A stretch of 64,000 nt of DNA from Eledone cirrhosa (GCA_964016885.1 OZ024748.1:58218001-58282000), one strand, 5' to 3'; positions 16,811 through 31,404 are shown, counted from the first letter of the stretch. A program made the numbers and translations. The notes: a model not told the origin generated them from the sequence alone.

Positions 16811-19014
16811 GTGTGTGTGTGTGTATGAAATATATGTATAGTATATAAAGAAGTTGACTTTCGAAATTTTAATTAAATTGTATGTGATTAAACATAGAGA
16901 AAATCAATATTTACTTTACATCAAACAATTCATGTAATTTTTCATATTATTTGTTTTACCTGTCTTTCCCAGTTTTTTTCTATCTCCATAACATTACATA
17001 TCTTTACTAATGAAAGCGTGCATATCTTTCGTAGTACCTATTTAACTTTGATTCCTATTCAATTTAACGTTGCGTAATGAATATACATACATGCCTATGT
17101 CTTTTAGTTCTATAGAGAAATTTTAAAAGATCAATTCTTTCGAAAGTAACATATATGGCCATTGCTCATTACCAAGAATATATTATTTCGCGGAAACACA
17201 ACCTCCTCGTTTAGGATGATACAATTTAAATTGTATATTGGTCTTCAATTCTGTTTAATTCGTAAATTACGAAATATGCAGATCATTTAATTTTGAAACA
17301 TTTTATTTTCATGTGTGATAAATCGCCAAAATTGATAGTATCTAATTAGGTTCAGTTCAAATAATTAATTGAACATTTATAATAACATAAATTACATAGA
17401 TTCACCATGACTTTACTACACACATTAAAACCATATATTCATATTTCTTTGTCAGGAGGCTCCAATTAGGCATATTTATATATTTCTTGATAGCCTAAGT
17501 TAATCAGATTCGAGATGATTTAATTAATTACGATCTTTGCCTTTACACATCTATAACTGTTTTATTATATTGTATTTGTGAAACGACAGCAATACATTCC
17601 TCGTAATTGGAATTTTAATGAAAAGCGACGGGGAATGGGTGCTTCATTTGATAATTTGTCTTCTAAGCAAGAAATAAATATTTGGCTGGTTTCTAAAATT
17701 ATATATGTTTCCTTTTGCATTCCTATAAACTATTTCTGACAACTTATATTCTCCTTTCTTAATTAGATGTTTTGCTGATGCAACTACATCGCATATCAAT
17801 TTATCTAATTTATTATGTCTTTAATATAATGTATGTGATTGCTGTGCGAAACGTGACACAATTATTTAGAAATTATTGTTGTTATTCGTATCTTCGTCTC
17901 TCTACCATTGATAATATAAACATCAACGAAGTTTTAATACCATAGACTTACTTGTCTGATATTATATTTAGTAGCCTTACGTTAAGATCAGCATCAAATA
18001 TCCTAACTAATACGTTATGTCGTAATGCATCGTATATGTTAAACAAAAAGAACCAAACTTTGCTGCAGTGTACTGATTTGATCCATAGGTTGTAGAAATA
18101 AGTTTCATGAAGGTGGTTATTATATGAATCACAACCATCGTCCCCATCGTATTCAGTAATCTGTAGCTAATCATCATTTACATAATCATCCTCACCATCA
18201 TTTTCATCATCATCCTCAGACCCCCCCCCCCCCCTACGAAGATGGATACATCTGGAACGCGCAATTACGTACGCTGAATTCCTGGTAAAACACATTGCAA
18301 TTTCATATGCCCTTGTATAGTTTCTAAATATGTATATTGTATTAGAATGTTTTAAAAAGACACTATCCACATGAAGTGTCTATATTCAAGTACAGGTTAT
18401 TATTAAACATATGGTAAGTAAAATTTAACGTTTAACTAAATTGATATTATACCGACGAGGCATTAATGTTAGATAGATTTAAATGCAAAATAAGTGCGGC
18501 GAAAGTGGGCTGAGATTGAAGGAAAAAAGAATGAGAAAGACGGAGAGTGAGGTGGAGTGAGGAATCAAGAATAAGTGGGAAGAATGAACATAAATATCGA
18601 TTTTTCTTTTCATAAGTGGTAGAAAAAATATACATATAGCAATCTCTTGCACAATTAAAGAAGTACAAGTTACTTTCCAAAATAAATACTTAGGTTTCTG
18701 AATATTTTCGTATGGAAAGGATGCACACATTTCTTAACATATATATCGATACAATAAAGGCAATTTAACTGCATATCGAATATAGATAACAGAACTGTAG
18801 ACGCTGCGTTCCTTGAAATAATCACCACCACTTATTGGTCAAAATGTATAATATATACATTTAATAGAACCAGTAAGGGAAATGTTATCAATGTGAGAAT
18901 GCTGCAGCTTAGTCAAGGTCTATCAGATTATATAATTTGTATTATCTTTTACTGGAATAATTTCCATATATATTAATTGATAGATAAAAACAAATCTATC
19001 AAGCATTATCACTA

Positions 19015-19100
19015 AATATGTGTGTATATATATATATATGTATGTGTGTGTATATATGTATGTGTGTGTATATATGTATGTGTGTGCGTATGTGTCTGTG

Positions 19101-19132
<32 letters not shown>

Positions 19133-19260
19133 TATGTGTATGTGTGAGTATTTAGTGTGTGTATATATATATATTTGTGTATGTATGTATGTATGTATAT
19201 ATATATATGCGTGTGTGTATACATATATATATGTGTGTATATATATATGTGTGTGTACGC
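19015..19260. repeat. (TA)n/(TG)n compound microsatellite
   Basis: Directly visible. Confidence 0.9.
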
Positions 19261-20344
19261 ATTGCGTGATATTTTTCCAAAGACGAAAACTGCTCACAAC
19301 TTTGTCCAAATAATTAAAATTAGTTTATCATTAATGTTTTTACTGAGTTAATTAAACAATGAAATGTCAACACCTGCCTTAATTAAATTTGCGTAAATTA
19401 GCTCTATTCTGCTTATGTAAATTAGCTCTATTCTTCTTATAACGCAATATGTCAAATACTGTTCCGTTTCTAAAGTGTTCTATCTTGCTTACAAACATAT
19501 ACATTATATGTGGCCTACTAAATCAAATAGATAACTTTAAATATGTAACGAATGCAATTAAATAACCATATATAAACACCTTGTTTTAATTAATTTTTAC
19601 TGAATGATTTTGAGTTCTTCTCTTGTAGTTCTCATTGGGTAGATTATTTTTATTGTTCTAAAGGTGTCATAGATTAAATTATATTTCCATATTCGTGCAG
19701 CCTGGAAGCATATTAGTGTTAAGATGTTTATCGTTTAGTATCCTGCTGGCATTTCATATTCACACATTCGAAAACAATTTAAAGTGTTATCTAAATTTTT
19801 GGTAGAAGATTCTCTGTGAAGCCTATTGGCAGATATAATCTACGAGAGCTATAACAATTTAAAATGAAATTAATTATTTAATTAAAATCTCTACATCTAC
19901 TTGTGAAGCAATTAAGGAGATACATGGCAAGTTACGATTCAAAGTTGACGGAATGAGTATCAGATTAATACAAGGTGTATAAACTAATGCTTAATTAATG
20001 AGATTCTTATTTCTTAGCTTTTCTCAGTGTGTATATATTTATGGAGTGGGCTCTCTATGTATGACTGTGGGAGAAACTGGGCGGTGAAACGCATATTCCG
20101 TGCGTTGTGGATTATCATTTATAGACAGTTTATCCATTAAATTATGTATGTAGGCTGTATCTGGCCTTATTTTCTATGTGGCCATCTGCTCTAAAGCAAA
20201 CAAGTTATTCGATATTTTAAGGTTGTTGTTTCACAGATTTTCTGCCATACTCTGCATGTATCAATCAATTGTATAAGTTTAGGTTTCTCATATATCGTGA
20301 ACACACATACACACAGATAATATATATATATATATATATATATA

Positions 20345-21160
20345 CTTAAACACCACACACAACCGGAAGCTGGCAATATAGGCACCCGATAGAACCATGT
20401 GGAGGGAAAGAAGGGTTGACCCAGTAACCCAAACAGACCCAGGGACCCCCCACCGGGCCCGGGGAAGGACCACCATATAATACGCAATGGGAACCCCACA
20501 TTAGGCACGCGGGGGTTGACCACCTCCTGCAACTGCAGAAACCCAGCATTAGGTCCCTTAGTAATGAATGTCTAAGGAAGAAACTTAATATACGGATGTA
20601 GGGTAAAAATCCCCAACTCTGAACACCTTTACATAGGACCCACATCAACGAGTTTTAAGGATCGATGGTATAACCTCGCCACTCCATTAACATGGAGGAC
20701 AAAAGGAAAAGTACGGCTCTTTCCGAACTGATCTGGAAGCTCAAGCTGGACAGGACCGCATACTCTCTGGCCTGGTCCAAAATCAGGAAAGTACCACCTG
20801 ATAAAGGGGGATCTGGCATCTGCAAACTATGTCTGAGCGAGACCCTCAGCGGTGGAAGCAGCCTGATAAACCTCAGGAGTGACTTTTTCGGGACATGTAG
20901 ACACCTCAGGGCCGGGACCTTCCTCAAGCTATATGAACAATAACAACACTTTGGGATGGGAACTACCCTTAAGCTATAGGGACTTCCCGGGACATGTAGA
21001 CACATCAGGGCCGGGATCTTCCTCTAGCTATATGGGCAACAACAACTCATTGGGAAGGTAACTTCCCTCAAGCTATAGGGACAGTAGCCCCGCCACACCG
21101 AGCCCACGGTAAACCACCCCCTACACTTTCACCATCCCTACCCCTGCCTCGATCAACTCC
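20345..21160 (+). mobile_element. Penelope-like element fragment: GIY-YIG endonuclease, frameshifted
   Basis: SCNCRNPALGPLSNECL, LIYGCRV, YIGPTSTSFKDRWYN, then ORF 20692 STALSELIWKLK...CKLCLSE...INLRSDFFGTCRH, the typical C-terminal PLE endonuclease signature. Begins at a (TA)n tract. Confidence 0.82.
20881..21080 (+). repeat. Tandem duplication of a ~100-bp unit spanning the PLE stop codon
   Basis: Two diverged copies of gact..cgggacatgtagacac.tcagggccggga..ttcctc..gctatatg...aagctatagg. Confidence 0.85.
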
Positions 21161-21853
21161 TATGGCAGCACAGACTTATGCATATGTCCCACATATAGAT
21201 CCTATTATCTAAGATTGTACATGCACTGATACTTACATATGTGTGTGTGTGTGTGTGTATGTGTGTGTGTGCGTGTGTGTGCGAGTATATATATACATAT
21301 ATATATATGGGTGTGTGTGTGTTTGTATAATGTGTGTGTGTGTGGGTGGATGGGTGTGAATATGGGATGCACCTGGGCCCGTATTGGTGCGTGTGGGCTT
21401 GCAACGATGTGGGTTGACATACACACATATGCACTCTATGCCGAATTAAAAACTGTAGTCCTCTGCATTTCCGGATTTTGACACTCAGGTTATGGTTCTT
21501 TACACTCCACTCTTGCCTCATTTGCTCTTAAAACGCACCACCCCATGATAGTGTAAAGATCGTAATCCTTTGCATTTCCCGATTCTGACACAGCCTTTAT
21601 ACTTCAGTCAATATTTTCCAAATCTTTCAAACTTTAATATTGGCTATAACACACACGCACTTTATTCTTCTTTGATATTTGATATTGGCTATAACAGATA
21701 CGCATTTTATTCTATTTTATTCATTTATTTTTATATTTTTTTACTTCTTCATTTTATTGTATCGTATCTTATTATTTTATTATTTATTTTATCCTATTTT
21801 TTAATATATTATTTCTTAATTTTATCTTATCTGATTTACGCCCCTTTATGGTT

Positions 21854-21970
21854 TGAGTTCAAATCCCGCCGAGGTTAACTTTGCCTTTCATCCTTACGGG
21901 GTCGATAAAATAAAGTACCAGTAATGCACTGGTTAATTGCTGGCCTTGTGCCAAAAGTAGAAACAATTAT
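21854..21970 (+). mobile_element. 5'-truncated SINE
   Basis: B box, core and tail. Confidence 0.9.
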
Positions 21971-22571
21971 CTGTTTGGCACACCACATCACGTGGAAGGG
22001 TGGTAGGATTGATGCCAACCAACACACTAATTCTTCTAAAGACAGCAGCAGTTGAACTAAGGCTGACCTGCCAGCTGACCCCCTAACACCAATAAACACA
22101 AGGGAGTAGGTCAGCTGTAATTAACAAAAACTACCACAACAGATTGTCTTGCCTCGGAAACAAATTTCTATAGACTTTTGTAGAGGAATAATCTCACAAC
22201 TGACCAATGGGAGGAGAGAGTGTCCTATGATGCCGGAATTCGTTTGTTCGAATTCATATGATTCCAGTTCCTCAGATAAATAACAACGCAACCAGGAGCT
22301 GGACATATCGGAGTATTGACGGAGTAAAAAACTTTAACAACATGTGTACCTGTCTCTACCACACCAATTCGAACCGCCTGAAGAGTCACAGCAAATGATG
22401 GCTGTCACCAAAATATATATAGCAGTACATATTTAACAAAACGAAGCCAAATCTTAAATATTTGAAATAATTACTTTATTTTACATTACTCCTGAGTAAC
22501 CAAACCAACCTGCGTACTTCGTCGATTGCTCCAATCTGCATACTGAGGTGTCGGTAAACAACCAACATATA

Positions 22572-22605
<34 letters not shown>

Positions 22606-22609
<4 letters not shown>

Positions 22610-22810
22610 CTTCAGATGAAATCTTCAGGAAGCTGGGTGTCATATTAAGTTCTGAGAACTTAATATGACACCCAGCTTCCTGAATATTTCATCTGAATGA
22701 AACAGTAATAGTCCTGTAGAAGCTCCTTCTATGAAATAAAAAAAATTTACTCTGCCATGTATTGAGTACCTTACTTACTGTGGTTATCCCCGACTCAACC
22801 CGGGACCTAC

Positions 22811-22811
<1 letters not shown>
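22606..22811 (+). mobile_element. Fold-back PLE-type insert in (TA)n (apex 22654)
   Basis: ~45-bp inverted arms around tct-g-aga; right arm continues through the HHR, AATAAA (22735) and a tail. Confidence 0.8.
22674..22724 (+). ncRNA. Type-I hammerhead ribozyme
   Basis: agcttc-CTGAATA-tttcatctgaat-GAA-ACAG-taatagtc-CTGT-A|gaagct: 6-bp stem I, 4-bp stem III. The opposite arm preserves the canonical CTGAAGA. Confidence 0.75.
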
Positions 22812-22873
<62 letters not shown>

Positions 22874-23872
22874 TGTGTGTGTGTTTCAACATGTTTCTGA
22901 TAAACATGCTACTACATTTTCTATGAAATCATCCATATATAATCACAGTGTATATATCTATGTATGTATATGTATGTATGTATACATATGTATGCTTAGC
23001 TCTAAGCGCGAATCCATTCTAATCGTTTTTGAATGTGTTTATATTATCACGTGAATTCAGAACTTCGAGGCAATCTGTTGACATTTCCCATCTCTACAAG
23101 TCATGGTTAAACTTAGCGAAGTGTATTTATCTCATACACTTCTGTTATTAACGTGATATTGAGCGCATTTAATCAATTCCTATTATATATTTGTTTCTTT
23201 TCAATATTTCAATGTGTGGTATTTATCTTGCTTATCTTTAATCATCATGTGTAGACATCTAGGTACGAGTATTAAATATATATTAAACCGAATGATCTAT
23301 TTCACATTTTCCTTTCAGACATCTGACATTTTAAGTAAAATGGAAGATTATCAGTGAGTATTTGTAATAACAGATAAATTGCAATTCAGTTTAAGTGGGT
23401 ACATTTAATTTATGTATGGATTTTGCATGTGTCTTTCTTTTCCGAGATCAATACACTATATACACAAGTAAAAGTGATGGATCTGATCACCAATAACTAT
23501 TTCCATGAAGTTGGTTTTTATCATTTTGCAAACCATCTTACCGTATATGCGTTTTAAATTCAACTTTTAGATTCACGTCAATGAATTATCCGAATAAACT
23601 TACGAATGTATAAGTTTAAATATTGTGCGCGATACTGATAACTTATAAAACTAGAACCGTCCTGTAAATCTCATCAGTTCTGCACATTTTCTAAGAAAAC
23701 ACCGGCCTAGTTGACTCAGATCTTGGTGTGTTCTGTCAGCTCCTTCTTCTCCCACACCACCGCAGTAAGATATGACGGTGTTTATAGTCAAGTTTAATTT
23801 CGAGGGAAAGGGTTTTGCTTATTAGAATATCCAGGTAGAAGTTGTCCACAGCTTCCAGGTTGACATTATCGA

Positions 23873-23966
23873 TTGACTTTGCCTTTCATCCTTACGGGGT
23901 CGATAAAATAAAGTACCAGTAATGCACTGGGTAATTGCTGGCCTTGTGCCTAAAGTAGAAACAATT
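23873..23966 (+). mobile_element. 5'-truncated SINE with 10-bp TSD
   Basis: Core and tail; attatcgatt at 23865-23874 and 23964-23973. Confidence 0.9.
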
Positions 23967-25044
23967 ATCGATTTTGATTTTAATTGAGGGAGCCATATTA
24001 CATTGATCCGCAAGGGCTACGTCATCATCGAAAGCATCTACCTGCGAAGCACCCACCTCAACTCCGAGCGCAACCGTGATAGATCTATCGTCTGCGCTTG
24101 GAGATAAATTAGATAACATGCATTTAAAGTAGGCGTTCTTTTCAGCCAGCAACTTCGCATTCATCTGCTCAAATGCGATCAATATTTTCTGATAATGAAA
24201 TTATATTTGCTTTTATATTCCCGACAATATGAAACTCATTAGTGTCTGACGATCTGCACAATTCAGGGAAATTTTCTCTCACTTTTAGATAACTTATTAA
24301 AACGACTTATTCATTTATGTAATCTAATTTTTCTTAGCACAACCGGGCAGATGGTAGTTAAGTAAGTATGAAAATGTAGCGTGTCTGCATAACAGCATAT
24401 TCTCTGTCAGTAATTAGATGCATCAGAAAAGGCAACACGATTTTTCTATGTTCTCTTCCAGCTGTAACATTATCTTCCAACTGCAATTCATTCGATTAAT
24501 ATTGCACTAGATGTATTTTTTTAATAGTTATTTCAACTTCAAAATGGTGTCGTGTAAATATCACATGAAAGGTTATTTAGTGTATTTAATTTTCTTATGA
24601 TTGTCATCAAATCCTTTCGTTTGGATTTCTATCTCAGAGCTCATTATCAGTTATCAGGTACATTCCATAATCTTTTAATAATTATCTTCAAACTCCAGAA
24701 TAATTAAGTATCAATGTACACCTTCACAAGTAACAACACGCTCAGTTTAATTCTAGAAAAACTTTAGATTATTTACTTTTCAAATTGCACATATAATGTT
24801 AAAGTATATGAGATCATATTTGGATATTTATACTTTTGGAGTGATACTCTATAATTTTGTCAGCATAGCTGAGATAATTTGTGAATTGAATGCATGTATA
24901 AGAAAAGTAAAAGGTGCAGAGGGGAAACTGGTATGCATGGGTGACTTGTGGTCTTCCATAAATAAAAAATTGAGGGAAACATTCTATGCACAATATCATG
25001 GTCATTAGTGACCGATAGAGGCTTTATGTACATATATATATATT

Positions 25045-25152
25045 AGTTCGGATCCAGCTGTCGAAACGGCCGGAGCTCAACCGTCGGAGTACTCACTCTT
25101 CTCCTTTATATATTTATAGTGAAAGAGTGAAGAATAACATTAATTTATTATC

Positions 25153-25155
<3 letters not shown>
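25045..25155 (+). mobile_element. Short insert in (TA)n with HHR 3' half
   Basis: gctgtcGAAACGG-ccggagctcaa-CCGTC|GGAG, homologous to the reverse complement of 9914-9947. Confidence 0.55.
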
Positions 25156-25241
<86 letters not shown>

Positions 25242-25884
25242 TTACAAGTATTGATTTCATTGGCTACTCCTATAAACATGAAGTCTCCCTTTGAGATTAT
25301 GGCTTCTGTCAAGGCTATTGGCCCAGATAACGGGTTTGTGCCACTTATACCTTTCTAGACATTAGTGTTTACGCCAAACTATACATCGTTTATTACATCT
25401 CAAAATTGGCCCAATTTCTATGTACAAAAATATATTATGCTAATCATACATTCATTTGTTTGGCACTAATTCATTATATATATTTTTTCTAAACGTCAAA
25501 ACGAGGACTAAAATATAAAAGGGAGCTTCAGTGGGCATATATAGCCATTATTGCCAGAACGAACAAGAAGTTAATCATATATTTTAATTATACCATATGT
25601 CATCCAACAATAAAAGAAGTATACGTTCTTGGTTGGAGAGTATATTCTATTGGAATATGTCCAGTTTATTACCAACACCTATACGCTTATTATGTTACTT
25701 GTTTCAGTCACTGAGCAACAAGCTCATGTTGCTATAATTCTCTATTTCCTTGCACTTAAAAGTAGGTGGAAATATATGGTTTTCTCGTCTCTGTAAATGA
25801 GGTGTTTAATCTTATACAGCTTAATATGCAAATGAGATTAATGGGTTTAATCACTTAATTTACACAGACGAGAAAACAATATAT

Positions 25885-26062
25885 TCTGGCCTGTCTTCAA
25901 AGTCCGGCAAGTTGCAAGAGCGGCAGGGATCCTACTGATGAAAACCAGTTCAGTTCGAAATTCATCGACGATTGTCCTCCTTGCTTCTGCTGAAAACCAC
26001 CAGGTGGTGATAACTGCCGGTGTTTTTGCATAGCCACGGCTTTCTGAATCTTTATTTATAAA
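25885..26062 (+). mobile_element. Possible PLE terminal repeat with degenerate HHR
   Basis: CTGATGA (25935)-aaac..gttc-GAAA (25957); stems I and III not convincing. Confidence 0.35.
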
Positions 26063-26134
26063 CATACCGTATTTCTTTAGAAATACGAAAATCCGATACA
26101 TACCTGTACGTATCGGGAGCTAAATTCTAATTCG

Positions 26135-26262
<128 letters not shown>

Positions 26263-26364
26263 GTATATATATAGTATATATATATATATATATATATACA
26301 TATAGTATATATATAGTATATATATATATATATACATATAGTATATATATATATATATATATAT

Positions 26365-29300
26365 CCTCAACCACAACCTCTTCTGGTTCCTCAGCTCCAC
26401 CAAAGCCCGCACAGCGACGAGTTCCGCACCCGAACGGAAGTCGAGCGATTCGTGCGACGCACTAAGCTACCGGCACATTTCGGCCGAACGCCACCGGCTC
26501 CGGACGCCCCAGACCCGTTTCTCGCCCTGGGCCGACGACCATCTTCTTGGACGCCGGCCCCAGGGCAATTTAGCACCCTGGACGCCTTCGTCGATGCCAG
26601 ACGTAGCGCAGTAAATCGTTTCGACTTCCGCCACCATTCCAAAGGGCACAATATCTCACGGGGCGAACTCCTCGCTCTCCGCTCCCTCCGTAGCCGAGAT
26701 GACATCGTCATCAAACCGGCGGACAAGGGAGGCGCCGTAGTGGTATGGCGCGCGGACCTCTACACGGCCAAAGCCCTCAGGCAGCTCTGTAACTCCCTCT
26801 TTTACCGCCCTCTACCCTCCGATCCCACCCCCTCTACCAACAACAAGTCTCCTCCACCATCAAATACCTTATCGCCTCCTCCCCCCCCCCCACCGCTTCC
26901 CACCTCATCGTCCGCACCTCCACCATCTACTTCCTCGCCAAACTCCACAAACCCGACAACCCCGGCCGCCCATCGTCTCCGCTTGCAACTGCCCCACCGA
27001 ACTCATCTCCGCCTTTCTCGACTCCCTCCTCGCCCCCCTTGTCACCACCCTCCCCTCCCACATCTCTGACACCAACCACGCCCTGCGCCTTTTCGACTCC
27101 TTCACCTACCTACCCGGCCCACAGCCCTTCCTCTTCACCCTAGACATCAAGTCCCTCTATACAGTCATCCCCCACGCCGACGGCCTTCGCGCCCTCAAAC
27201 ACTACCTCGACCTTCGCCCCTCCCCCATTCCCTCCACCCCCACCCTCCTTCGCCTCGCCGAGCTGGTCCTCACCCTAAATTGTTTCTCCTTCTCGGGTGA
27301 GTTTTACCAACAGGTCACGGTGGTAGCCATGGGCACAAGAATGGGCCCGAACTATGCCAACCTTTTTGTTGGCCATGTTGAGACCCAAATCTTTGCCTAG
27401 TACACCGGCCCCACGCCCGAACTGTACGGTCGTTACATTGACGTCTGTATCGGAGCCACGACCCTCACCCGAGAACAGCTCGACTCCTTTCTCTCCTTCT
27501 TCTGCTCCTTCCACCCCTCCCTCCACTTCACCACCTCTATCTCCACCACCCACGTCCACTTCTTAGACATCGCCGTCGCCTTCGACCCCTCCCACCACTC
27601 CCTCGTCACCTCCGCCTTCTTCAACCGACTCCCATTTCTTCAATCCGCCGACTCCCACTCTTACCTCGACTTCACCTCTTACCACCCCACCCACACTAAA
27701 CACTCCATTCCCTACTCCCAACTTCTCAGGATCCGCCGCCTCTGTAGCCGTGATGCTGACTTCGAGTCCCAGGCCCTTTCCCTAGTCAGTCATTTCATCC
27801 GCAGAGGTTACCCCCCCTCTCTCGTCTACACCGCTCTCACCCGCGCCCGTGCTATCCCCCGCTCCACCACCCTCACCCCACGCCACCGCACACCCACCTA
27901 CCGTCTCCCCTTCCCCATCACCTACCACCCCTCCACCTTACCCCTCCACCGCACCATCCGCCGCCTCTTCCGACGCCTGCAGTCCGACCCCTCCACCTCC
28001 CACATCTTCCCCCCCACTCCCCTCCTTCAAACGCGCACGCAATCTCCGCACCCTCCTCGTCCACAGCTCCCTACCCCCCAACCCACGCTATGTCCCCCCC
28101 CGGTTCCTTTCCCTGTTCTAGGCCCCGCTGCAACACCTGTCCCCACATAACCAACACCACCACCTTCCAGGGTCCCAACGGCCACTCTCTCTCGGTCCGG
28201 CATGCCTTTCGCTGCACCTCCTCCAACCTAGTCTACGGACTTATGTCGGACAGACAGGACGTCGCCTGGCGGACCGAGTCACGGAGCACCTCCGGGATAT
28301 TCGTCTCAGGGGCAGTTCCCCATCGCCCGCCACTTTGGTGGCCCTGGACACTCCGCACACCATCTCACAGTCTGTGGCCTACTCCAGTGCCACGGAACAC
28401 CCGCCCATCGCCTTACGGTCGAACAACGAACTATCTTCATCTTACAGACCCACACTTCCCACGGCCTGAACTCCCCACCCTTACTCCTTTAGCGTTTGAC
28501 ACCCCCCCCCCCGCACACACACACTTATCCCCCACTAACACCACTAACACACCCCTCCTTTTCACCGCCCACCCCACACTAACAATACTAACACCTCCAC
28601 TCCACCCCTCATCTGACCACCCTTCCCCAACTAACATACTAACATCCCTTCCCTCCCCTCTTCTCCTCCCCCTCCTTATCACACGCACACACCCACCGGC
28701 ACATATATACACACGCTCACACTAAACACACACCCTACTACCACCGCTAACCCTCACCTCCACACCTCTCACCCCAACACTTCCATCCCACCACCCCGCA
28801 ACTAACCTCACTAACACCCCCTAACCACAAGCACACGAACACACGCACCCACCCCACACGCAACTAACATCACTAACACCCCCCAACCCCACGCACACGT
28901 ACCCACACACCCTCGTACACCACCAACTCTACACACCTACCACCACTAACCCCCACTCACACCTGCATTCAACCGCTCCCCACCTCCCGTATACTAACAC
29001 CCACTAACACCTCCTCATCAAACTACACACACACCAGTACACCACACTCCCTCCATAGAACCACACACACTCTTCTCTCCCCGCTCCACCCACACCCTCG
29101 CTCCACACTCACTCATCCCACTAACACCCCTACTAATACACACACACACACACACACACCCTCCTCACTCCAACTTTCACACCTACCCATCCTCGCCCCC
29201 TTACCATTCCACCGACTGCTGTTATGCCCTTCTGACCACCTCCCAGCACCAACAGACCACAGCACTCCCATTGCTGACCACTTCCTGTTGCGCGCGCACC

Positions 29301-29667
29301 CCACATCTCTCCTCTTCCGACCACCGCTTCATGGATTACCCACACGCAGAAATTGACTTACAACCAATCCTCTAAACATCCTTGGAACTTACCAACTTTT
29401 CAACCATCCTCTTACGTAATCACCTATATAACTCACCCACACACACACCCAAAAAAAACAATTTTCTCCACACGCCACCCACACCCACAACACGCTTAAA
29501 CCCCACATACACGTGCTTCCCACCACCTATTTACACCCTCAGCCTCCTGATTCCTCTCCCCCCACCCCCCTATCCACAGACGCACAGACACTCCGACCCA
29601 CAAAAACACCCCCCACACATACCTCTTCCTGAACATGCAACCCCATTCTTCCCCCAACCCTTACTTT

Positions 29668-29706
<39 letters not shown>

Positions 29707-30130
29707 CTACACACACACACCACCTTCAGCCCTCCCCGCTCGGACACCCCGTCTCCCTCTCCCCACTCCACCCGCCACCCCCCTACCCACCCCACACCCT
29801 TCCACCACCTGTTTACCCCCCTTTTAATTTCAGTTTATTTTGATCATGCCTTTATTTTTAAATGTTCTCATTCCTTGTATTTTGATCATGCTTTATTTTT
29901 ATTTTTTATCTTTATTTGTTATTTTTTCATTCGCACCGTTTCCTTTCGCTATATGTCTCTCCACCACTCCCCTACACACCTTTTGAACAGTGTTCCCACA
30001 CACTTCTCACCTGAGGAAGGGCTTATGCCCGAAACGTCGTCCCCCACCTACCCCCCACTCTCCTGAGCGTGAAATTAATAAACAATTATTGTACTGCCTC
30101 TCTGTTTTGTCCCTGTTCAAATTTTTCCAT
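26365..30130 (+). mobile_element. Penelope-like retroelement (Neptune-like), 5'-truncated and frameshifted: RT + GIY-YIG + C-rich 3' region + HHR
   Basis: IVIKPADKGGAVVVW; LFTLDIKSLYTVIPH; VAMGTRMGPNYANLFVG; RYIDV (YIDD mutated, 27434-27445); linker PCSRPRCNTC; SNLVY...YVGQTGRRLADRVTEH; AATAAA ~30077; (TA)n on both flanks. Confidence 0.93.
30008..30041 (+). ncRNA. Minimal hammerhead motif in the PLE 3' repeat
   Basis: CTGAGGA-a-gggc-ttat-gccc-GAAACGTC; stem I weak. Confidence 0.65.
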
Positions 30131-31257
30131 TATATATATATATATATATATTATATATATCGTATGTTTGAGCGAAAAATCATTTCAGAATTTCTATTAT
30201 TTCCTTCGATTATTTTCACGAGGTTTTTGGTCGATAAGTCTATGCCTTTAAATAAATGCCTGGAGGTTTTCAATAAATAGTTATTCCAGAGAATAAATAT
30301 AAATATGTTATCACAAATAAACATTCACCGATTCAATGCCATTTATTTATATCGATTTACCAACGACCTAGAACTTTATCTTATGTATGATTTATTTCAT
30401 AAACGCATTTAAATGGGACTATAATCAATGCATATTCTTATAATGACAACTATTGGCGTTGGTGTTAATGTTTCCTATTCTATATTTAAAACTAAGTAAG
30501 TTTACGCGCGTGATGTTTCTCAAATAATGTTACTGTTGCTTATTTATTTTTTCAATTTATTGAATTGGAAAAAAAATGCATTAAAGTTTCTTTTGCACTT
30601 TTTTTAATGTATTTGCTGAGTATAACATCTGATTCTACCGTCTATCTAAATTCAAACACTATTCTATTTTTCTTTCTGTTAGTTTCTTCTTTCGATCAAA
30701 CAATTAGCAAACGCATATGTGGCCGATTGAATCGATTAAACTCCCATTGCATAAAGATTTATAACAAGTCTACAATGGAATCAATAATATTTGTATTTAT
30801 TTCACTGTTATTTTGCAAGTATTTCTGCAGTTATGGTTCAGTTAGTTATAATAATGTAGTTAGCGTCCGATGACAATGCTTATAGTATTTGCAGCTTCAT
30901 TTAAGTGGTTGCATTGATGGATCTAATATGTAGTCATCATGTCTTTAGACAACGTGATTGCAGTACTGTCCAACGCAGTTACATGAAACAGTATATTAGC
31001 TAGAGGTGTGCAGCCAAGGGACGTGTTATTTTCTACCAATATTATCATCCCAATATATATATATATATATATACTGGTGTGATTTCAGATCTGAACGATG
31101 AGGAGTAACAAATCAGATTAACTAGATACTTCAAGGCTATGTTATATGGGCCATTTATTGCACTATAAGGTTTCTGTTGCCAGTAACATTTAATAAACGC
31201 ATGTCTGTTTACCAATATTTCATCCATGTTTAGAACAAATTATGATTTATCAAGAGA

Positions 31258-31404
31258 GACTGGTCATTTTCCATTTTTGCATGACAATAGATTTAACAGC
31301 TAAACCCTCATTTAAAGACATACTCATTTGACAACGGACACTGGTCATTTTGCATGACCTAATATATTTAACGACCAAATCCTCATTTAAAGACATACGC
31401 ATTT
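31258..31404 (+). repeat. Diverged tandem duplication (~70-80 bp)
   Basis: Two copies of actggtcatttt..gcatgac..atttaac..aaa.cctcatttaaagacatac.cattt. Confidence 0.75.

Noticed and set aside
23975-24182. Possible Gypsy gag remnant (minus ORF)
   Set aside because: Only vague resemblance (..VALADQ..); no LTR or pol motifs.
27849-30066. Pro/His/Thr-rich ORFs as host proteins
   Set aside because: Off-frame or UTR translations of the C-rich PLE.
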